Positions 39,301 through 50,000 of a DNA stretch of 64,000 nt are shown piece after piece. The notes below the pieces were generated by a model. That model had not been told where the DNA came from and did no database searches. It was given only the letters and a program-made list of their open reading frames with translations. The stretch comes from Phoronis australis (lineage: Eukaryota; Animalia; Phoronida). The stretch lies in contig NMRA01000036.1 of assembly GCA_002633005.1 (NCBI GenBank), positions 124,001 through 188,000 on the forward strand. The letters run 5' to 3'. The stretch's first letter is position 1; each line of letters begins with the position of its first letter. The translations under genes were made by a program, and so were the position numbers.

Positions 39301-41081
39301 TACCTGACTTTCTGTCGTCATGTGGTCACTTTTATCAAAGGGCGTAAGTCCAGTCTTAGCACATTATTGCAAACACGGCACTGCATTTTTAGAGAAGCAA
39401 AAATATTGCAATTCGTGTAAAGTTGATAATTTTTCATATTCGGAGTTAATGACCATTTGATGAGCTATGTACAAATTATTAAAATGCGGACTTGCAACTT
39501 CTTAAACAGGACCCAGTTGATTATGTTTGAGCAAACATAAAGATCTCAAAAAACACACGAGCAATTGATATAAATCCTAAATAAGATACCTTGATAAAAA
39601 GTGTAACAATAATAACATTTTGACTTCGGTTTGATATTTATGTTTTAGTGATCTGTACGAGGTATTGTTCCAGGTGCAGTGACAAAGTCTGCCATGAAAG
39701 CAGATGGGTCCTACTACAGCATAAAAGATCTAGGTTCGGGAGAACTCAAGGCTGAATCTTTTTGTATTTCTTGCGAGGTGAGTGCTTCTAGAATAAATTA
39801 CACGAGAATTTAATCTCAGTCTGTTCTCTCAAGTTCTACATTTCGTTATATCTTGTGCTGTATATTACATCACTGCAGTATGTATGATTTAAGAAAGTCA
39901 GGGCCGAGGGTCTAGTATTTGTGCTCAAAATCAAACTCAAAATTATTATTTCTGACATTTTCTATAATTCCACTTTTTGTGCAGAGCTCAAGATAACTGT
40001 CTATCATTCTTTGCTTGAGCATATTATGGTTTATGAAATGTTCGTCTAATCCCAATTGCAGTTGATGTCCCCAATATTATACTGAAAAGTTCGAGTCAAA
40101 ACTCAAGTAGTTTTTACTCAAAATCTTAAGATTTCACTCACATTTGTAACTCAAATGTAGGTGTCGTCTAATCCAAGCTTAGACTAGACACTCATCGGCA
40201 TATACCATAGTATACTCAAGCACAATATAATAGGCAGTTATTTTGAGTTCATTTTTAAGTAGAATGAAAAAGGTAAGAAATAATTGTGAGTTTGTCTTTG
40301 AGCAAAAATAGTACACTCTGGCCTAGAAATTTTTATTGGGCGAAAATTAATAAAAAATATTTCATTCTCAACTGCCTTTGAACACGTTTTATGTAGTTTG
40401 ATAATGTAATGTTTGAGGTGAAGTTGAATGAAATTACTTTGAAATCTGTGAAATTTTGATGCAAATTTTTGTTTTGACATTTTGTTGATTTAAGAAAAAC
40501 GATTGTTGGTAAATTTTGAAAACTACTGTATGTTCCATCGTGAAAACGTTTAACAGTTTAAGAGTAATGACCCTTGTGGTGATTTTGCTGCATTTCAGAC
40601 GGTGCGTCCTGATAAGGGTACAGAACGAATCAAACACTGTAAGTTGTGCGAAATGTGCGTGTACGGTATGGACCACCACTGCCTGTACCTGTTGAAATGT
40701 GTAGCACGGCACAACCACAGGCTGTTTGTCATCTTCATCGCTGGTCTCCTCTCCGCGATGGTATTGTTTGTGATAGGCATGGCAAACAGTTTACAACTAC
40801 AGTATCCTGATGCAGACGGCTTTGGTGATATAGCCACTCGAGCATTTAAAGAAAACAGTCTTATACTGAGCACCATGTTCCTTAATGTAGCATCTGTGAT
40901 CTGGGGTTGGGTCCTATTATATAGTCAGCTGAAAGTCATCGCTCAGGGTTTCACGTCTGTGTTCCAGCCAATGTTCAATACAGACTCTGGTCTCACCAGT
41001 GGGGAGAAGCTGATGAACATTTTGTATTTTTTAGGCGGGAGAGAGATTTATGCAAAAGATCCACTGTATGAGAATGTATGA
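18243..41081 (+). CDS. Ankyrin-repeat DHHC palmitoyltransferase, paralog B, 9 coding exons, ~560 aa (last 3 exons present twice)
   Basis: Exons 18243-18354, 23744-23990, 24403-24535, 25654-25832, 27633-27881, 30669-30751, then 32312-32404/34896-34999/35814-(gap) or 37571-37663/39674-39777/40599-41081; 1683 nt in frame. GFTPLHKAC ankyrin motif, DHHC motif. Confidence 0.9.
18389..21041. repeat. Head-to-tail tandem pair of a ~770-bp element (18389-19157; 19158-21041, interrupted)
   Basis: Colinear copies, both ending in hairpin caaagctgtata...tatacagctttg. Confidence 0.85.
19191..20302. mobile_element. Non-autonomous Tc1/mariner/pogo-type element, TA target duplication
   Basis: TA|CAC(T)TAAGTG...TAATTATCGGAC ... 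GTCCGATAATTAGGTCACTTGATTG|TA; removal restores gctgTAtgaagact seen in copy 1. Confidence 0.8.
21065..21196. mobile_element. Small MITE (132 bp)
   Basis: TIR gggcactggtc(g/t)gatata(a/g)c, 18/20 match. Confidence 0.7.
21727..22480 (-). mobile_element. Possible IS3EU-like transposon relic
   Basis: GRPKFDI peptide, subterminal gattgaattc repeats, terminus resembling TAYGG..gccacttctg. Confidence 0.4.
23071..23467. mobile_element. MITE family 1, copy 2
   Basis: Same TIRs and body as 17431-17840; older relatives near 3480-3745, 35121-35546, 39899-40326. Confidence 0.85.
23744..23990 (+). CDS. Paralog B exon 2, ankyrin repeats
   Basis: WNGFTPLHKACLRG...; tacag/GTGAGT; 247 nt. Confidence 0.93.
24403..24535 (+). 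CDS. Paralog B exon 3, ankyrin repeat
   Basis: 133 nt; cacag/GTAAGT. Confidence 0.92.
24845..25185. mobile_element. hAT-like MITE
   Basis: TIR cagggccctca / tgagggtcctg; no clear target duplication. Confidence 0.5.
25654..25832 (+). CDS. Paralog B exon 4, ankyrin repeats, GC donor
   Basis: RVNIHHADANGNTALHIAA...; 179 nt as in paralog A only if the donor is GCAAGT. Confidence 0.85.
26270..26945 (-). mobile_element. 5'-truncated RTE-clade LINE relic
   Basis: LRRILGIKWLD, LHWLGHMRRIDDGRMP and terminal SRIGLFSHRRHC peptides; frameshifted. Confidence 0.85.
27633..27881 (+). CDS. Paralog B exon 5, TM segments
   Basis: ttgcag/GTGAGT; HKETADLLKWVW...HRIEHVS. Confidence 0.9.
27970..29323. mobile_element. 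Non-autonomous Tc1/mariner(pogo)-type element, TA target duplication
   Basis: TA|CCATACTCGTCCGGGTTACGGCCCA ... TGGGCGGTAACGTGGACGGGTACGG|TA. Confidence 0.75.
30669..30751 (+). CDS. Paralog B exon 6, followed by GT-AG U12 intron
   Basis: 83 nt, WPNPIYAGCFGGGFIGS; followed by GTATCCTTT. Confidence 0.88.
30752..32311 (+). other. U12-type (minor spliceosome) GT-AG intron
   Basis: 5' GTATCCTTTT; branch TACCTTAAC at 32291-32299, ending 12 nt before the intron end (...CACAG). Confidence 0.88.
32312..32404 (+). CDS. Paralog B exon 7 (copy 1), DPG motif
   Basis: ISDKFLIVGPLVLLTPVTLYQYWQLLKRDP; GTAAGA donor. Confidence 0.85.
33307..33772. mobile_element. ~470-bp insertion present in duplicate copy 1 only
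   Basis: Absent at ~38567; flanked by aaaatac repeats; ~65-bp terminal direct repeats. Confidence 0.75.
34896..34999 (+). CDS. Paralog B exon 8 (copy 1), CxxC
   Basis: GAVTKSAMKADG...FCIACE; GTGAGT donor. Confidence 0.85.
35814..36270 (+). CDS. Paralog B last exon (copy 1), DHHC motif, cut by the gap
   Basis: KHCKLCEMCVYGMDHHCLY; runs into Ns. Confidence 0.85.
36271..37000. other. Assembly gap (730 N)
   Basis: Run of N. Confidence 1.
37571..37663 (+). CDS. Paralog B exon 7 (copy 2)
   Basis: Same sequence as 32312-32404 at offset 5259, with U12 branch site upstream. Confidence 0.8.
39674..39777 (+). CDS. Paralog B exon 8 (copy 2)
   Basis: Copy of 34896-34999 with V>E and A>S changes. Confidence 0.8.
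40599..41081 (+). CDS. Paralog B last exon (copy 2, complete), DHHC motif
   Basis: tttcag acceptor; ends KDPLYENV*, parallel to KDPMYQV* in paralog A. Confidence 0.92.
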   Translation, partial: TVRPDKGTERIKHCKLCEMCVYGMDHHCLYLLKCVARHNHRLFVIFIAGLLSAMVLFVIGMANSLQLQYPDADGFGDIATRAFKENSLILSTMFLNVASVIWGWVLLYSQLKVIAQGFTSVFQPMFNTDSGLTSGEKLMNILYFLGGREIYAKDPLYENV

Positions 41082-41243
41082 TTATGTTACGGTATTCGAA
41101 GAAGGAACGTGACTGTGTCATATACTTGTGTTAGTTTTTTCTGTAGACTGTGCCTGTACATTGTACATTACGCGATTCCAAAAGGTCAGGGATGTACACA
41201 GAATTGGCTATGCCATACCAATATTTTATACAGGTTAGCACAA

Positions 41244-41741
41244 CAAGGGGGAAATCAAGAATTTGTCGGACTTCAAAACCAGTTGGCTTCACTGCAAAAA
41301 TCAAATGGGCTGTGATCTAACGTGTTGTCCGGAATTCAAAACGCCATGCTCTCACCCAAAAAATACTAGTTGGTTGGACCCAAAGCACTATGGCTGGCGC
41401 TATATCTAGTTGGCCCCTGATCAGACACAACAGCAGGACTTCCTCAGAGACTTGTTTGAACGTCTCTGAGGATTCGAGTGACACCTAGTGCTTATTTTTC
41501 ATACCCGTTTGTTTTTGTTCAAAATCGGCGATTTGTTCAGCCATTGTGTTTGAGCTTTGGCCAACACGTTTTAGGTCTGGCAAACCAGTTTTTTTAGTGC
41601 AGCCATCTGGTTTTGAGGTACCAACTATCACGTTTTAAGTAGAACACCGGCTATTGGGTTTTGCAGTCCAGCCAGCTAGTTTTGAAGTCCAGGCAAGTGG
41701 TTTTGAAGTCCGACCAATTGTTGATTTCCCCCTCCCCCTTG
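41244..41741. mobile_element. MITE downstream of the paralog B stop codon
   Basis: gggggaaatcaa..gtcggacttcaaaacca pairs with tggttttgaagtccgac..ttgatttccccc; ~21-bp subterminal repeats. Confidence 0.7.
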
Positions 41742-43631
41742 GTCAAAGACATTTTTATATATTAACTTTTAAAATTGCTATCAATTCAGACAAGTTTGAT
41801 TAATGTATGGATCTGGTCTCAACTTGTTGTAAACTCAGCTGAGAAGGGATTTATGGATCTGCAATAAACCAACAGTTCATTCTTACTCAAAGCCATGTCC
41901 AGCGCATAAAATGAGGAGTCCAAAAGTAAATAGCACTGCATGTTACAACGCGAGTCATGTTTCCAAGCTTCTCACTGGGTTGTAACTGGTCATAGACTAT
42001 GTTTTGTGCATTTTTTTTTCATTCATAGTTTAATTACTTGGGATAGCATACTACCTGTAGTGGTTTTTACTGGAAAGGTTGCGTTAATGGGAAGATATTG
42101 CGAAGTGCCATTGTATGAATTTATATTTTGTCTGCTTGGTGGCATTTTGGTACTTTGTAATGTTTTAGTGCAAATGACAAATCATACGAGAGATTCAATG
42201 TAGGCAATGTGGTTATTATTGAACCCTCTGAGATGTCATTCATTATTTTCTTAGTGATTTCAAGCATAACTACAAATGGGTCGTATTTTCTTACATATAT
42301 TTGCAGCCACTGTTAACCATTGGTCACAATTTTTATGACATCAGCAATGCATGAATATTAATGCGAGCAATCCATGAATATTAATGCGTCTATGAATTAC
42401 TACCTTCACTTTAACTGTAATAAGTTGTATAAAAGTCGCCACACAATTTTTTACAGATGGTTTATAATAATCTTTATTCTTAATATCATTTAATTAAAAG
42501 AATGTCTGTGTCCAAAAGCCTACAAATCTGGCTCAGCTTGACTTCACAGGTATTCTCAATTTGTCATTTACTTTGAAATTAATATTTTGTATCTAAGCAT
42601 AATTTATTTTAAAAGCGTCTAAAATATGGCACCATATCCTATTTCCTTCATTGTCACACACCCTTGTTTGTAAATACAATAAGTTGGTACTAAAATCTTG
42701 ATTATATTTGCTCAGCTATATTACATTTAGTGACAATTATGGATGTCTAACACTATCAACAGAGCTTTCACTATATGACCTGCAGAAAAATTGTTTCCAA
42801 TGCCAATTATGAGACCTAATCAGTGGACTTGGAAATGTTGCAGCAAGGATTTCTCCTTGAATGTACATGGCTGTTGGTGAAATAGACTGAGGTCTGGACG
42901 AACCAGACAACTTTAATTAAACGAATACCACACTGTCCATGAGGTTCCCAGTCATGTTATGCAATGGTTAGTTGGTTCCCCGTTGACTTTGCCCCCATTC
43001 TCAGATAGTATTGAGAACCATGTTTGCCTGACAGAGCCCTTAAATTAATTTCTTAACTATATTCCTAAAGGGATGAAACAATGAATGCAAATCAATTTGA
43101 ATGAGTGTAATCATAACTACCCCACGTTACCAGTCCAACCCTTCTTCCAAGCCAGAGCCAGTGGTCAGCTTTTGGGAGCCCTTAGATAAGATTTGACTGG
43201 GGCCTCTTTCAGATTACATTCATAGTAGAGCCCCCTAGTCCCTGCAGGCCTCAAGCAGCCTCTAATTTTGCCCAGTGGGCAAGCCAGCCCTGTTCAGTAC
43301 CCACAAAGAAATAGATGCAAAATTGTTAACTCATAATATTTAACTCACTGAGTAAGTTAAAAACAATAATTGACTAATAAAATAACGTAAAATTATCTTA
43401 TGTTTTGATTCAGCATGAACGGATTATGCACTTTTTTCACTTAACCTTTTTTATAAAAAATTGTAATGACCAATATTTTAGCAGCAAATTCACACAGTTT
43501 AATGTATGTTCTTTCTCTGAACCACCATTTTCTAGTTTAATAAATGAAAGTCCTTTGATTAAGCTACAGAGCTAATTATTTACAAGGTGATAGGACCAAT
43601 GTTTGCCCAGAGGTGTTTCTGAGCAAACTCC

Positions 43632-44078
43632 TTACTGAGTTTGAGTAAAAGGCAAATCTGTCACAACCTTAAAGGAAGTTGCACGCGATTGGTCCACCAG
43701 TTGCGTCTGCTGCACAGGCACAGACGACGTCTGCACAAACGACTGAGTGCGTGTCTGCTGAACAGGCAAGGATGAAGTCTGCACAAATGATTGAGTGCGC
43801 GTCTGCACAGGCACAGCAACCGAGCGTGGCAAATTCAGATCAGTCACGACGGTATACCCTTCGTTGGTTGTGGGGGCAAGAGGCTGCGTAAGTGGTACCG
43901 CCTCAATGGTGTTTGTACGTTGAATGGTTTGCGTTTCATACTGCGCTGTCGACGGCTGGCTTACAATGGCGTACTGGGACTGCGTGGACTGGATTGAAGG
44001 TTGCAATTTGGGAAGATCAGCCACCACAGTGTACTCCGTGTTGACGATGGGTTGAGCTGGCTGACTCAGTGTTATCAC
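43632..44078 (-). CDS. Cadherin probable terminal exon (T/Q/V-rich)
   Basis: ttgtag acceptor, 148-codon frame, TAA stop. Confidence 0.72.
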   Translation of the reverse strand: MITLSQPAQPIVNTEYTVVADLPKLQPSIQSTQSQYAIVSQPSTAQYETQTIQRTNTIEAVPLTQPLAPTTNEGYTVVTDLNLPRSVAVPVQTRTQSFVQTSSLPVQQTRTQSFVQTSSVPVQQTQLVDQSRATSFKVVTDLPFTQTQ

Positions 44079-47000
44079 CTACAATGTAATGATTGAAACC
44101 ATATTTAGGAATTCTCTGGTCAAATGCCGATTGGAATTTGCTGCTCATGATAGCCCGTGATATTTTCAGTGAAACTTGCGTACGTTGGGACATGCAAAGG
44201 TCAAATCTTTGCTTAATTCAGACAAAGTTTCGTGGTGTGGTTGTTCCAGTAAGTTGTACACTAGGCCCTCAGATTAGTTGGATTTTGCCTTCCTCAAATA
44301 AAATTTTGGCCTCGTTGGACCCAACTTGTAAGAAACTATATTGTATCATGTGGATTTATCTACTACATTTGATTATAGCTTGGATGTTTAGTTATGACGC
44401 ATCTGCCAGTAATATGACATGATTCAGAAGGAATAGAAATGCAGTCACATCACAGTTTACAGATCAAGGACTTTTCGAATTCAGGTAACCACGGGGACAA
44501 TTTTTGTTCAAAATTATGTGTTTGGATTTAATGGGTGTGCTCTGACTAGGGTTGCACCCATTGTGTACTCCCATGGAGTTGAGGATTATGATTGACCAGA
44601 TCCATAGCCAGCTACAATTTTCGAAAACAGTGCTTACTAATTTATAGCACTACATAAATGTGGCTTAATTATTATAATTGGTTTTAATTTTGGCATTTTA
44701 ATTTTATTTGACAGACCAAAACGTCAAAATGACACGCTAAAAAGTGAATATGAAAGTGGTTACAGTTAAGGTTTTCTGAAATCTTATTTAGTGACCTTTA
44801 AACAAGCTAGGTCAACTAGTAAAAGTATATTTTTTTGAAAGAAAAAGACCAGAGATTAAAAAATTTAAAATATGTTTTACGTTTCTGTGCCATTTTTATG
44901 ATTACGTTAACACCTTTTGTAAGTCAAAATTTCCTTTTTTTACAGAAAACCCTAGCTTGATTTTAATGAAACAAACATTAAATGAAAACTTCATAATTTA
45001 CCTCTGTCAAAAATGCTGTAGGGGAATTTTCGATAACTCATTTTGTTTAATTTGTTTCTATGCCAAATTAACTTCCAAAACGTAAGAACTTTTTTGTTGT
45101 AAATAGCAGTCTTATTCATCTATCTTACGGTACACAAAAACTAGGCATTTAAAAGGAAAATAAAATCCTAACAGAGTTTTTGAGATTGATGAATAAATAT
45201 TACAATTGGAAAGTTTCAGTGAAATTCACTGAGCTGGTTTGAAGAACTCGTGTTCCTAAGTTCATCTTAACTGCCAAAGCTGAGAAAAAGTGGAAAACGT
45301 CGCAAGTCCTCAAAATCTGATGGTTATGGCATAATTATTTGGTTAAAACTTGTTTTTGATCAATATAACCTATACATTCCATAACCATGTTCGCTATGAA
45401 CATTCAGTCACAGTGTCAACTGAATCTGCACTTATTTTGTTAAGTCAGTTGACAATGAACAGAGTGAAACTTGGTTAGCGGAAAAGTTCACCTCTTGACC
45501 TATTTTAATAGCACTTGTACACAACACATGCCAAAGCATGGGCCGGGGAGACTGAAAGAAACCAAGTACGAAATGTAGAATAGAAATTGATTATTTATGG
45601 TTAAAGTGGGCTGTGAGTACAAGATTGAAGCAACAAAATGTCAGATTACGGGTAAAACTGAATTAATTTGGGTTAGGATTTATCTTTTTTCATAACTTGC
45701 TGTCTTTGTAATATGCCTGACGCAGTGCAGCGACTCTGCATTGGTCATAATGTTAACAAATTACGGTCCTATGTACTCACTCACTCAGCATCAAAAAATA
45801 CATTATGACTCCGTATTCCGAGGCATCTTTACATGCTACGTACACGTCGTTAACTCAATCTTATGGCGAATCGGTAAATGAAAGGACTGTCAATTGTGGG
45901 AAGTGCATAAGCCAAGTGGGAGGTTTGATTTAAGTGAAAGCTTTGTAACCTTAAGTTTGAAGTTGGATACGAAGTAAACAAATTTTCATGTGAATAAAGT
46001 GTTTCTGTTAAATTTGTTTTTCTCGCTACATTGTATATATTTCATATCTGATGTTCCCTGAGAATGAAGATAAGTACGTGTTTTGCTAGACCTATGTGAC
46101 ATATTGTAATAACTGTCAGTTTTTGTGAATGAAGTTTGAGATATCGTTTAATGTCACGAAAGATGCTGTTTTTACCTGGGGTTGAGGCTGTGGAATGGGA
46201 GCCGGCTCGCGACTTGACATGTACGAGGTCCTCTTGGTAGTTGTAGTTGTGGTTGTCTGTTGACCTCCACCACCACTTGCTAAAGTAGGTGGCGCTACAA
46301 TCGTAGTCTGGTTGCTCTCTACTTTTTCGTCGGCTGATGGTAGAACTTCTGACACGATTGTGTAGTTCTCATTGGCTGATTTCTCTTTTCCAGTGGAGGC
46401 TCGGGCTGAAGGACAAAATAGAATAAAAATGGATTTCTTTATCACACAAGTAAGTAAAATTAAAAATTAAGATTTTTTCAATATCTCGAAATCATTTCAC
46501 TTACTCAAATGTCTTTTGTCACAAGTGATTGACAAAAAATACTTTGCCTAAGTAAAGTACTTGATAGTTACATCAAACTTAATCATTACATGCAAACATT
46601 TGACACACTGAACCATTAGTTCAAGGTTATGATGTGAGAAAATCTTTTATTTGACTTTGAAAAATGTGTTGTTGATTTTACAACAGTCTCCCGACAATTT
46701 ACACTATCACTACAGTTTTGAAAATTACTAATCGTCATTCATCAAAAACATCTGCAGTAAAACTTGCATCAGTCTGATCCAACAGAACCATCAGATGTTA
46801 TCGGAGTAATGTGAAATCCCAACTTTCTTCACTTCAACAAATGTTCAAAATTTTGACAAATTTTTGGTGATGATTGAGCAGAACAAAGTAAAATTTGTCT
46901 AATTTTTATTTTTGTTGATTTATTTGTGTCCTAAGCTGATTCAATTTCCATTTTTATAGTGGAGAAAAATGAAATACTACGCTTGTCATTTTTTATCGTT

Positions 47001-50000
47001 ATTATGTGATGGCAATGCGGGGTTTTACATTACGGCGCTTACCGACAGTGTTTGTTGACTGAAAAGTAGTCATCTTTTGTGACTGGCTGTATGCAGCCGA
47101 TGCTGCAGCCGCTTGACTGGCCAAAACGGAGGCTCGATGATACTCTGACAATCCTGTGTCGTGCTCATATGCTAAGTTACTGAAGGCCATATTGCTTTTA
47201 TTGATCCATCCAGAATTGTAGCTGAAAAGACGCAATATTTTATGAAGCAAACTTTCTCTCTCCAACATACTTACATGGCTGTCTCAAAAAAATTTGTGTT
47301 CGACTTAGACTTTATGTGATTGAACAATTCATTCATTCACTTATTAAATCTCATTTAAATTTCAACTGTGACGTGATTTATCAGTAAATATTGATACCGT
47401 TAATAGGTTACTATGAGTAAGACTCAAAAAGTGGTGAAATGTGGAAAAGTTAGGAATACACATCACATTTCAGAAATGGCTGACAGGATTAAAACGTTGC
47501 CTTATGCACTGTTCCTCACAAATGCTGTAAGAAATAATTGTTTTTTAAAATGTTTCACTTTTTCATGAGGGGCTACCAAAGAGGAGTTAATAAAAAAGTT
47601 TCATAAAATGAAATTGAAATGATAAAAAACTATACATCTTGAAAATTATTATATGCGCTAACTATTGAGCTGTAAAGGTGGGTGACAATCTGCATAAAAA
47701 TTTATATCCAGAAGAAATTATTAGACATAATTATGCTGTCTGTTGTTTTTGCTATAAAAATAATGTCCTGATCTTTTGATTAATTTCTCTTAAGACATGA
47801 TCACGTGACCGAATTAGTGGCATATCAAAACAAATTGAAAAATCAAATTATACAGGTTTTCTACTTTAAAAAACAATATACTTTCATCAAATTGAAGTCT
47901 AGTGATATTTGACAAAAACCATAGACTCGCTGATAAGTGTAACCTGAAGAAGTCATCAAGTTCATTCTCATCGTTTACTCCATACAAGCATCACAGGCCT
48001 GCTTCACGAAAGTGACTTAAGATGGAAATTTTGTCTTAAGTTCCCATTTAACAATTGCTGAAAAAAGGTTTGAGCACAGTAACAATCTAGAAATAATTTA
48101 TAGAAATTTTCTAACGAGTGAGATTTAATTATTTTTCAGAAAGAGTTGTGTGGAGCAATAAGAAAATCTGAGTGACACATATACTTACTAACTCACTGAA
48201 CTGTTTTTTATGGACGACTCAGCACGGAGACGGTCTTTTTCTGGAAATGCAAAAAAGCTAAATGACTAAATTCTAGCCAATAAACTGAAAGTACACTCAA
48301 CAGAACCTTTTGACAGACTTGAAATTTTATAATTTTATTAATAACAAAAAACAAATTGTTCGGAAATAATTATTTTAAAATCCTTACATTTTTACAGTAG
48401 TTATGATATTGAAGCACCAAGAAACCCACCTTCCATAAAAATCTCAGATGTGTGTTTATTCCTCGATACTTGACTGCTTATTTAAGATCAGATCCCCACA
48501 AGTTGACAAGTTGACTAGTAATGGCAGTTCATTTGACGAGCCTGGTCTCTGAGCACTAGCCAACTGTCAGATTTTCTCTAGCACAGAAATTATTATTACT
48601 CATCGGAGAAAGGAACAAACTGCAACCAATTTGTAGCAGCAAGTGGTGTTAATGAAAAGAGCTTTTTACTGCAGCAGGTTTATATTAAGTACGGTAACAG
48701 TGCGCGTAGTTATGCAGGCTTGATTCCAATTTTGACAAATCACAAAATCTTCAGGGCCCAAGGATCATCTAATCTCTATGAGTAACTGCACATTATGGTT
48801 TGAGTAAACTTGAAAATCTGTACTCGAATCATCTAGTGTGATTGATTAAGTCGAGTCAAGGTCTGAGTTCGGAGATTAGATCATTATACTCAAGTTGCTT
48901 CAAACCTGCAATAGTACGTCTGTATGCCAATCTTCTGTCTCTACTTCTCTGCTCCATCCTAGAAAGTAAGTGTGTCATATTGTCATTTGAATATCCGTTA
49001 TAATCACTATCAAGAGAGCAATTATTGTAAACTAATAATTCAGTCATTCAGCTATTTATTTGGTAGGACTGATCACCGTATACGTGACTGTGTAGTTAAA
49101 CCCAATGTTAATCTATACACCTCATTCTGGAATTTGCTAAATGATTTTTCATGCAAAACACTTGTGAGCTGACAAAACTAATATATACTTCACATCACCC
49201 ACCCATATTTATTAGTTGAACAGACTGATCAAAGATATGAATGTGCATGGCAACAGTGTTCCGCTCACTGTTAGCCAGAACCTTAGGCAGACTTTACTCT
49301 CATATCAGCATGAGTTTTGCATGGAGAATGTCAGTCATTCCCTAAGTAATAACCAGTACTTTTCTATTGGGCGGCAGACTTACTCATAGCAGCATGTTCG
49401 GCAGCAGGGACAACAGCAACAGAGCAGAAGGAGCAGAATAGCCAGTATAAGGACGACGAGGAAGGCGATCAAGGCCCACACGACGGGCCACCAGTCGACG
49501 TTGGCACCCACAACGGAACCCTATGAAGAAACATCACAGGTGTGATTAGGTCAGTGTTGCCAGAATTTGACTACGGATACTTCTCCACTTATTTTGCACA
49601 AAAATAATAATTAAATAAAATTAATTGCCAAAATTGTATTGAAGTAAAGAATTACAATATGTGTTTGGCAAATGAATATGTTTGGTAATTCATTCGCCTG
49701 TTTTGAATTCCTGCTGAACAAGTGGAATTTATTTTCTGCAATTTTCCCTAGAAATTATTTTTTACTTTTTACTCTTACTAGTGCTGCCCTCTTGTGACAT
49801 TCTGTTGTTGCTGTTTTCTTGTTAAATGTAGAAAATTGACTTCATGTCACAACACAGTTTGTGGCATGGGAGACAACTACATGAATTTCCAACAAAAAAT
49901 GGTTGGTTACAAGTCCAGAGCAAAAATTGCAAACAAATGTCTGTACAATTTTGCTAATAACGTTTTCTAGAAAACGGCTGCGTCCATAACACTGCATGCA

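Larger units (their letters stand above)
31742..41054 (+). repeat. Direct duplication 31742-36270 vs 37001-~41054 flanking the gap
   Basis: Near-identical colinear sequence with scattered substitutions and small indels, plus one ~470-bp indel. Confidence 0.95.

Noticed and set aside
37001-41081. A third DHHC gene
   Set aside because: Has no 5' exons of its own and mirrors 31742-36270; treated as an alternative haplotype or partial duplication.
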